Assembly: GCF_009914755.1 (NCBI RefSeq)
Contig: NC_060931.1
Reading direction: 5' to 3' (one strand)
DNA length: 64,000 bases
Source: the human T2T-CHM13v2.0 reference genome, Homo sapiens
Shown: one piece after another, positions 55,263 through 64,000 of the stretch
Numbering within the stretch: position 1 is the stretch's first letter
How the letters are laid out: every line of letters starts with the position of its first letter
The notes under the pieces: model-generated
Seen by the model: only the letters and a program-made list of their open reading frames with translations
Databases searched by the model: none
Told to the model about the DNA's origin: nothing
Program-made: the position numbers and the translations under genes

Positions 55263-55629
55263 CTCTGAATCCAGTGCTACAAATGCTATGGCATGTGGTC
55301 ATCTAACTAAATTTTCTTTGATTTTTTGGAGAAGGGTGTGGGTGTTACAGGCTGGTGCAGCAATAAGGTAGAGCTTTAAGTTATAGGGAGGAAACTTTAA
55401 GTTGTCAACCATTGCTATTTCAGAGACATCATGAAGATGTGAAATCACTTTGGAGCATACCTGCTTTATTTTGAGATGAGCCATTTGAGTGGACCCTTCT
55501 GAGTGATGTAGACATAGTAAGACACTTATTATTCTGGGGGGAGTGCAACAGGTATTGTTTTAGTTTTGGTTTTGGTTTGCTTGACTAGGGCTTGAGGCTT
55601 CAGCACTGCAGGCAGCTGGAATCTTGCTG

Positions 55630-55985
55630 CCAAAATGATTGGTTCGGGAGGTGGGCATGTGGCCAGAAAGTCCCATCAGAGTTAAGTTCAGTGCTTTTAT
55701 CCAGTGGTTATCTGCATTTCTATCCAGATAAGCCTCTGCCTGCTCTCTTCTTATCATTTGAGAAGGAAGCACGTAGCCCAGTTGATGCTGGCAGACATCT
55801 TAAGACCATGAGGGACTTCTGCCTGAGGACAAAGCCAACTTGGCAGAATGCAGAATTAAGAGATCTCAGAGAAACTGAACTGGAATTCTGATAGAACTGT
55901 GCCCAAAGCCCACGTTGGTCTTATGCTGTTACATGATCCAGTGATTCATCTTTATTGTATAAGCCAGTTTGTGTTGGGCTTTAGA
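55630..55985 (+). mobile_element. Old MaLR LTR (MLT1K/L-like)
   Basis: tgattggttcgggaggtgggcatgtggcc...ctgcctgaggacaaagccaac...taagccagtttgtgttggg. Confidence 0.65.
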
Positions 55986-56700
55986 GTACTAGATAGTGAC
56001 GGCGAAGTCATTATCCTAAATGATACAGAGTTTGAAGGTTTCTGGAGAAGGGGTGGGAAAGTTTACATAGTGTTCAGGGAGCTTACTGGAGGAAGCTGCC
56101 CGTCTCTTAATCTTTTTTAATGAGGTTCACAGCAGTGAACCTGCCTCTGATGGGCTAAGGTGGGACCACCTATGATCAGCTGATGGAGAGAACACTGCAG
56201 GAGGGAGACCTGAGCCATCACAGAGGCAGGAAGGCTGAACTGGGTCCTGGCATTGGCGTGAGGCTGTGGATAAAGCTGTGTCACTAAGTTGATGGCCATG
56301 AGTATAGTCCGTAAATACGCCTATGTTCAGTTTTCATAGATTCTGCCAAACCATTTTCCGAGCCAGCTTAGCAATTTACATACTCACCATCACTGGTTCA
56401 GAGTTCCCAGAGCCTTTTACATTTACATTGTCTATAGGCTAAATACATTTCAATTCTCTTAAGTTTTTTTTAAATGCAAGTGTAACAAAAGTGCCTGAGT
56501 ACCTGCTGGCTGTAACCTATTCTCCATGAAATAGGAATATCTCAGCACCCCCATCAAAATTTTCCTTCCTGATATGGCAGTCATGTGTGGAGAGAGAAGG
56601 GGAAGGAGTGTGTGGGGGGGCAAATGATGAAGGGGTGGGTAATGGTAGGGAAGGTTGTTTTCTGCACAAATAACAGCCAGTCAAAAACATTTTATTACAA

Positions 56701-57054
56701 TTAGGTTGATTCCATGTCTTGGCTGTTGCAAATGGTGCTGCAATAAACATGAGAGTGCGCATATCTCTTTGACATGCTGATTTCATTTCCTTTGAATATA
56801 TATCCAGTAGTGAGATTGCTAGATCATATGGTAGTTCTATTTTGAATTTTTTGAGGAACCTCCACACTGTTTTCCATAATGGCTGTACTAATTTGCATTT
56901 CCATCAATAGCGATAAGAGTTCCCCTTCACCTGCATGCCACCATTTGTTATTTTTTCTTTTTGCTAGTAGCCATTCTAGTTGGGGTAAAGTTATATCTCA
57001 CTGTGGTCTGATTTGCATTTCCCTGATGATTACTGATGTTAAGCATTTTTCATA
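56701..57054 (-). mobile_element. L1MA-type ORF2 3' segment (inverted arm)
   Basis: Translates to the L1 ORF2 C-terminal remnant [23 protein letters not shown]. Confidence 0.92.
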
Positions 57055-57548
57055 AATATCATCAAGGAATGAAGGAATAAAGAAAATATGGTATTTTCAT
57101 TGCAATAGCCTGAGGAAAGAAAGAAAGAGAGCAGAAGAGAGAGAGAGAATGTGTTACCTATAAACAGTGGAATACTATTCAGCTATAAAGAAAGAATGAA
57201 ATCCTGTCATTTGCAGCAACATGGATGAACCCAGAAGACATTATGCTAAGTGAAATAAGCCAGGCACAGAAAGACAAATATTGCATGATCTCACTCAAGT
57301 GCAACTTAAGGAAGTTGATCTCCCCAGCTGCAGAGGCTGGGGAGGAAAAAGGGGAGGGTGAGATGGGGAGAGATTGGTCAATGGGTACAAAATTATAGTT
57401 AGATAGGAGGAATAAGTTCTGGCATTCTGTTACACAGTGATTCTGGCTAACAATATTATATTGTATATCACAAAATAGCCAGAAGAAAGGATTTTGAATG
57501 TTCTCACCACAAAGAAATGATAAATCCATGAGGTGATGGATATGCAGT
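57055..57548 (+). mobile_element. L1MA-type ORF2 end and 3' UTR (sense arm)
   Basis: ggaatactattcagctataaagaaagaatgaaatcctgtcatttgcagcaacatggatgaac...gaatgttctcaccacaaagaaatgataaat. Confidence 0.92.
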
Positions 57549-58096
57549 AAGATTTGGTATTATTTATACTATTGCTGGTTAATTTTATATTAATTTTTAC
57601 TTAAAATAATGCCTCAGTTATCAAAAAAACTTATTTCATTGGACTTAGTTGACTAGTGGCACCAGCTTGTTAAGCATGAAAGATTTACTTGAAGATGGAG
57701 GAGAGAGTTGATATAAATTTAATTGACTTAATATTTTCATTTAAATGTATATCTCCTAAAAAGCAAAACATGCAAACTGACAAAACTATGCATGTTCACT
57801 CAGGTACTACCTAACATATTCCTATGTTGCCTTTCATGGGTTCTATCCTTGGAGTAGGGGGTGGCAGCCTCATGAATTGGAGTCCATGTTTCCAGTGGCA
57901 ATGTCTTTCACTGTCTGTAGGTAGGCTTGTCATATATGCTAGATTAGTGGGATTATTATCAGTTAGTGTTACCTGCCAGCCTTTGGGAGCTAATGAACAG
58001 AGCTCAGGAGTTTCTGAATTTTTCTATGAACTTGTTCCTGCCATGTTACAGTTGGCACTTTCAAGAATTCACATTTTCGTGCATTCATATACATCT

Positions 58097-58440
58097 TGTG
58101 GCAGAGACTTCTAGGTGCCTATCCAATATCTATTCTCACCTTGCTCCTTAGTAACAGGATGAGAATAAAAAACATACTGACTCAACTACTGGGCATTGTT
58201 TTCACTTGGCCCGTCTTCCCTTCTGTTTCCAAGAGCACAACATGACAGCCGGAGCAACAGTAGCTATCTTATGAATGTGAGAATGTGGATCATACTAGAT
58301 TGATGAACTGCAATTGCCCTATCAGCCCAGCACTGCCTACTTCTGGAATTCTCGTTGTGTGTGAGAAAAATAAATTCCTATTTATTTAAACCACTGCTTC
58401 TCAGATTTGTATTACTCATAGTCGAATGCAATTCTGGTAT
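58097..58440 (+). mobile_element. Old MaLR LTR (MLT1J/K-like)
   Basis: tgtggcagagactt...ctgcctacttctgga...gagaaaaataaattcctatttatttaaaccactg. Confidence 0.7.
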
Positions 58441-59121
58441 TCTAAATATTCATTCAATGTAATCCCCCATTTGATTTGTTCAACATTTTACAATTGACTT
58501 GGAACAGAAGTCTATACAACAGAAATGCATACAACTCACTCAGGCTCCCTGACCTGGGTCATGAAAGACTAAGCTTTAAAGGCTCTGCCAAGCCAAATTA
58601 TCCACTATAGAACAAGGGGCTGAGTGGCAGGGCAGGTCCTTCTACTCTAAGGTAGCGTCGGGAAGTCCACAGGGTGGAATCAAAAGTTGAGGTCTGAGGG
58701 TCATCATAGCAGAGCTCCCTGCCTGTTGTCATAGCAGGAAGGAGTGATCCATGACAATGTGTTGCAACAAATACGAAACTTCCCCCTGCTTTTACCCTAG
58801 AGACTTGCAGGCCTGCCTGTTGAGTTAATCAAGCCCCCTGAATCTAAATGTCGAGAGCTTTTGGAAGCTGTAAAGGATTCTGTCATCAGCCCATAGGCAC
58901 TTTCTCACTGCATCTGCCTTTTTCCACCTGGCCTCAGACTAAGGATGATTCTCCACCCTCTTTCCCCCACCCCCACCCCAACACCACCACCATTGGAAAG
59001 ATCACTGCACTTGTGAAAGGAGCAGCAAAAATGCTCACTGTGGCAGCTCTCACTCCCATTCCCTTTCTATCTCCCACTCCATTTCCCCTTTTTAAAATTT
59101 TGTTCCCCAAATCATTATTTT

Positions 59122-59420
<299 letters not shown>

Positions 59421-59965
59421 TCATCGTTTTATTAATAAAAAAAAGTGTTTACCAATAGAAAATGTTTGTAGGAACTAAAACAGGTCAACTGCATACTGAA
59501 ACATTTTGTGAGTACAATTTCCCAAAAGCAATTTATAGATACAGAAAACTAAAGCAAACTGAAGATTAAAGCAGGGGGAAAAAAACAAAAAAGGAAGAAA
59601 TGAGTTTAAACTTAAGCAGGGCTGATCTACCTGCTTGGTAAATGAATCAGACCATTTCCAAAATCAAGAACTTTTTTTTGCTCTGCCAGTTATTAAATTA
59701 ATTATCTGAGCTATATCCCTTAATACCAGAGTCATTTTAGTAATGGTATAGCTTATAAACTTTTCACTCTCCTGTGGTTTCTTAAGCTGAGCTGGAGCCA
59801 GCTTTTCAAACTACATTTAACTCAAAGCGCTGTTATAGTGTGTTATAGACTTCAATGGAAACTAGAGCAGGTGTTTCCCTGGACCACCATGCTAGGTGTA
59901 TACTCAAAGTGGTAATGAGGAATGAAGCTCATTTTCTGTGTCCTGACTCCCACAATCTCCTCCTT

Positions 59966-60180
59966 CATTTTCTGTTTTATTTTTATTTTTTTGAGACAGG
60001 GTCTTGTTCTGTCACCCCGTCTGGAGTGGAGAGGGGCAATCATGGCTTACTGCAACCTCGATCTCCTCGAATCAAGCGATCCTCCCACCTCAGCCACCTG
60101 AGTAGCTGGGACTACAGGCACAAGCCACCATACCCAGCTAATTTTTTGTAAACATAGGGTCTCACCATGTTGCTCAGGCT
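59966..60180 (-). mobile_element. AluJ, lacking its 5' part
   Basis: Right arm and linker present; ends at ccatgttgctcaggct. Confidence 0.9.
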
Positions 60181-60549
60181 AAATCTCCTCCTTCTGGTCC
60201 AAACAAGACAGGGAATTGCTGGGGGCCCTATAATGGCTTCCATTCCTACAAGTGTCAATGTCTGTCCCTGGCAGCCCCACCTGGAGAATCCAGGGGTTCT
60301 TGCAGGGTCCTGCATGTGTTGTCATAATGCTGCTCCACTCAGAGCCCTGTTCCAGAGTCACACCAAGCCCACTGAGGCCTCCTCTACCCTGGGAATGTGA
60401 GTGAGGAGTCCCAGCAGCACAGGGCACGTCAGGCTGCCCCTAGATCTGTCATCTCCAAATGTGCTCAGGGGGCCCATTTTTTCTTGCTCCCACCAGCCAC
60501 ACAGGAACTGTCACTGGAGCAGGCCTAGTGACATTTGTCTGGATTCCTC

Positions 60550-61120
60550 TGATGGGGACCTGAGCCCCACAAGTTAGGTCACAAAAGCACAGTTACTTAA
60601 CAATTGAATCAATCCTTCTGAACCTCATTTTATTTATCTGCATGATGGGGATAAATAATGGTACCTTTACTTTGCTGTCATTATCACCACAGCCACAACT
60701 ACCATTTTTTCCCGTTTACTACAAGACGTGTATGTCTTAGTGGTTAAACATACAACCTGTAATGCCAAATTGCCAAGGGTGAAGCCACACTTCTGCTACT
60801 GAATTCCGAGATAACCACAGCAAGCTGTTTGAGTGCTCCGTGCCTCAGTTTCTCCATTTGTAAAATGAGGAAAAGAAGGAGCCTACGTTACAGGGCCGTC
60901 ATGGAGGGAAAGGGAGCTAATGGTATGAAAACACTTGGAGAAGCCCACAGCATGAGAGATAGTGAACGCCAAGCCCATGCAAGCCCTAAGTAAGCCGGCA
61001 GGTGCCAGAGTGTTTGCCAAGCACAGAAAGCTCTGTTTACCCTCCCACAGAGGCAGGTACCGTTTATTCCCATCTCACAGATAAACGAACTGAGGTTCAG
61101 AAGGGTTAAATGATTCAAAT
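60550..61120. mobile_element. Cluster of MIR fragments (+,+,-)
   Basis: tctgaacctcatttt...atctg...atggggataa; gtgcctcagtttctccatttgtaaaatgagg; cccatctcacagataaacgaactgaggttcagaagggttaa. Confidence 0.75.
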
Positions 61121-62278
61121 GTTAAGTAACTGTGCTTTTGAGCACCTGGGGGGTTTTCTCCTTTTCTCCTTTGCTTTGAGAAGCCCTAGATCTCATGGGT
61201 CGGGGGTCATCACCCATACTTCCCAAATTGATATTGGATTTCACAAGTTGTTTCCCTATACCTCAAACCTAAACTGAAAATACGTGCCTTCACCTTGTCC
61301 CAGTGCTAACTCCTACCCTTCACCCACAATTAGGCGCCTCCTCCCTCCTGGGGCCACATTAGCCAGGGTTCCTGGTGAAATCCTGGCTGGGGGAGATGCC
61401 TCACTGCAGAGAGAGGGGTGTAGTCCCTGCTGAGAGTGAGGCCTGCAGCCCTGCAGGGACAGTTGGCTGCCTTGGGTGATAACTGCTCCAGTTTGCAGGA
61501 GTGGCTGCAGACTGTTTCATTTCTTCTCCAGTTCACACTTCATAATTAGCTATAACCTCACCACCTTCTTAAATTTCCTGTTCTAGGTTTCTAGCGCACA
61601 AAACGAAAATCTCCTTCTAACATTTCTTCTTCACATACTTCTGGGAAAGAAGCACTATCTCTTTTTCTGAATGGTTTGATCCTGAACATGGAGTTAGTGC
61701 CTACTTTTTCCACAATGACTTTGGGTTTTTTTTTTAATTCTCTCTCAGCTTCCATCTGAACTTCAAGTCTGGCTGCTCTGGACCAGAGATTAGCAGTTCT
61801 CACACCCAGCAGCTAATTGCTCGTGTCAGAGAATGTTATTTATCTACTCTCCCCTGAAGTTTAGAGTAACATGCCTGCAAAATGCCAATAGGGCTTAGTA
61901 TGGTTTCTTTATCTTCTTCCCCAAAGAATTTGATGTGGAAATGGATTTTCTATCTAGTGACAGTTCTCAAAATGTATTACAGTTCTGAAAAGTACATCAT
62001 GAAAAGTAAGTCCCGCTTCCAATTCTGACCACTCCCTCCCCAGTGTGCCCCTTCCCAGAGGCAGTCACTATTACTCACTTTTTGTTTTGCCTTCCAGATA
62101 CGTACAGGCCCATGTGTATGTCCCTTGTAACCAAGGGGTAGCATGATATTCACATTGTCTGAGACTTTAATGTGTTTCATTTAATAATACGTCATGGGGA
62201 TCTTCCCGTATGAAAATGTGTAGGTGCTCTTCATTCTGTTAAATGGCTGCGTTGTATTCCATTATATGTGGAAGTACT

Positions 62279-62752
62279 TGTATTAGTTTCCTATTGTTTC
62301 CATAACAAACCATTGCGAATATTGTGGCTTAAAACAATACATATTTATTATCTTATGGTTCTGGAAGTGAGAAGTCCAAAATTGGTCTCACTGGGTGGAA
62401 ATCGAGGTGTCCTCAGGAATGCATTCTTTCTGGAGGCTCTAGGGCAAAATCCATTTTCTTGCCTTTTCCAATGTCTAGAGGCTGCCCCCATTCCTTGGCT
62501 CATGGCCCCCATTCACCAATCCTATCGTTGTGACTTTTGTGTCTGTCATCACATCTCATTCTCTCTGGCTCTTACACTCCTCCCTTGTGATTACATTGGG
62601 CCCTCCTGGATCAACCAGGATAATAGTCTCCCCATGTCCAGATGCTTAATCAAGATCCAGCTGAAATGTCTCTTTTGCCATGGAAGGTATTCACAGATTC
62701 CCGGGATTAGGATGTGGACATCTTTGCAGGGGACACTATTCTGCCTACCACA
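62279..62752 (-). mobile_element. MaLR solo LTR (MLT1D-like) inserted into an old minus-strand L1M fragment (~61960-62840)
   Basis: tgtattagtttcctattg...ggcttaaaacaa...tctggaggctctaggg...ctattctgcctaccaca; flanks gtattccattatatgtgga | agtatcctggtttatt continue an L1. Confidence 0.85.
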
Positions 62753-63024
62753 GTATCCTGGTTTATTTTATCTGTTTCCTACATATGAGCTTTTAGATCA
62801 TCTTTTATGACAAGCAGTGCTTCAGTGACTATCCTTCATTTTGCTTGAGGAACTCTGAATGCACAATATCACTAAACCATTTAGAAGGTAATATAATTTA
62901 CTCTCTTATCTGTGATTGCTAGGATTGGATCCTTGACTTTAACAAAGACTCTGAGTCTCAGGAAGTGGTTTTATATTCATGGAACTGAAATAATTTATTT
63001 GGTTAAAAACCCAATACTCTAAAG

Positions 63025-63208
63025 CTGTGGCTACTTTAATTTAAATTTAGGTAATTCAAAATTAAATAAAATTAAATATTTAGTTTCTCAGTCACACTAG
63101 CCACATTTCAAGTGCCCAGTAGCTACATGTGGCTAGTGACTGCCACATTAGAAAATACAGATATAGAACAGTTCCTTCATTGCAAAAAAATTCCATTGTA
63201 CAGTGTTG
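63025..63208. mobile_element. MER3/MER33-type hAT-Charlie fragment
   Basis: ctcagtcacactagccacatttcaagtgcccagtagctacatgtggctagtgac. Confidence 0.85.
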
Positions 63209-63277
63209 GTACAACGTGATCTTTTAATCCACTATCAAATTAGGACCAATCTGTTGCCTGGACTGCATTTAACTCAT

Positions 63278-63638
63278 TCCTATAGAGTGAATGTTTATGT
63301 CCCCTAAAATTCATGTTTTGAAACTTGATCCCCCAGGTAGTAGTATTAGAAGGTAAGGCCTTTGGGAGGTGATTAGGTTATGAGGGCAGACCCTCATGAA
63401 TGGAATTACTGACCTTATAAAAGAGACCCCGGAGAGCACCCTCACCCCTTCCTATCTCTATGTGAGGGCACAGTGAGAAGGAGCCATCTACAAACAAAGA
63501 AGTGGGTCTTCACATTCTGCTGATGTCTTGATCTTGGACTTCCCAGCCTCTAGAACTGTGAGAAATAAATATAAACGGTTGTTTACAAGCCACTCGGTCT
63601 TTGATATTCTGTTATTGCAGCCTGAATAGACTAAAACA
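63278..63638 (+). mobile_element. MaLR solo LTR (MLT1A0-like)
   Basis: gaatgtttatgtcccctaaaattcatg...tgatcttggacttcccagcctctagaactgtgagaaataaat...gactaaaaca. Confidence 0.88.
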
Positions 63639-64000
63639 CCACTAATTCAATTAATATTTATTAAATGCCTACATCGTATGAAGCATTGCATCTCCTAGAT
63701 ACTCCAGGGATACAAGGACTTTTTTTTAAAGGATCCTGTCTCAGGTACATCACATATCAATGGAGGAAAACAGAAATGTTTTCTGGACTTGCCCCAGGAA
63801 CACCAACCAACTATAACCAAGAAAATAACAAGTACGATAAGTTCCAAAAGAACTTAGAAGCACAAAAGAAGTACATATATTGTGTGAGTAATCCTGGAGG
63901 CAAGAATATATAAATTCTTTTCTGATCTTTAAAAATAGCTTGGTCATTGTCCATTGTTCTGATGCTTTTGAAATATTGAAATATTCATTGACATTTGATA

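Noticed and set aside
56517-57529. Two 116-aa ORFs, one resembling reverse-transcriptase protein sequence
   Set aside because: Decayed L1 ORF2 C-terminus and antisense L1 3' UTR, not a functional gene.
62268-62810. 180-aa ORF
   Set aside because: Lies almost entirely within an antisense MLT1D-like LTR.

Overview
Human genomic DNA from 7p15, covering the 5' end of JAZF1 on the minus strand. The only supportable protein-coding sequence is JAZF1 coding exon 1 (45958-45844, 115 nt; MTGIAAASFFSNTCRFGGCGLHFPTLADLIEHIEDNHI, the first C2H2 zinc finger), which lies in a ~1.8 kb CpG-island promoter. Bases 1-45843 are the promoter-proximal part of the very long intron 1. The right part of the window is upstream sequence, expected to be transcribed as the antisense lncRNA JAZF1-AS1. 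The rest is AT-rich sequence with 15 Alu/FLAM copies, MIR/L2/L1 fragments, MaLR LTRs and DNA-transposon fossils; repeat boundaries and subfamilies were read by eye and are approximate. I found no CRISPR-like, prokaryotic or otherwise foreign system and no second gene. The best leads are: (1) an AUG-UAG start-stop element 4 nt before the JAZF1 start codon; (2) from recalled SNP flanks and spacings, the window appears to carry the non-GRCh38, type-2-diabetes-protective haplotype and to be ~380 bp shorter than the reference in intron 1; (3) a candidate second first exon inside the CpG island; (4) a candidate poison exon at 10.3 kb; (5) a twin-primed inverted L1; (6) an unexplained 31/33-bp diverged direct repeat. 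SNP identities come from memory and need a database check.
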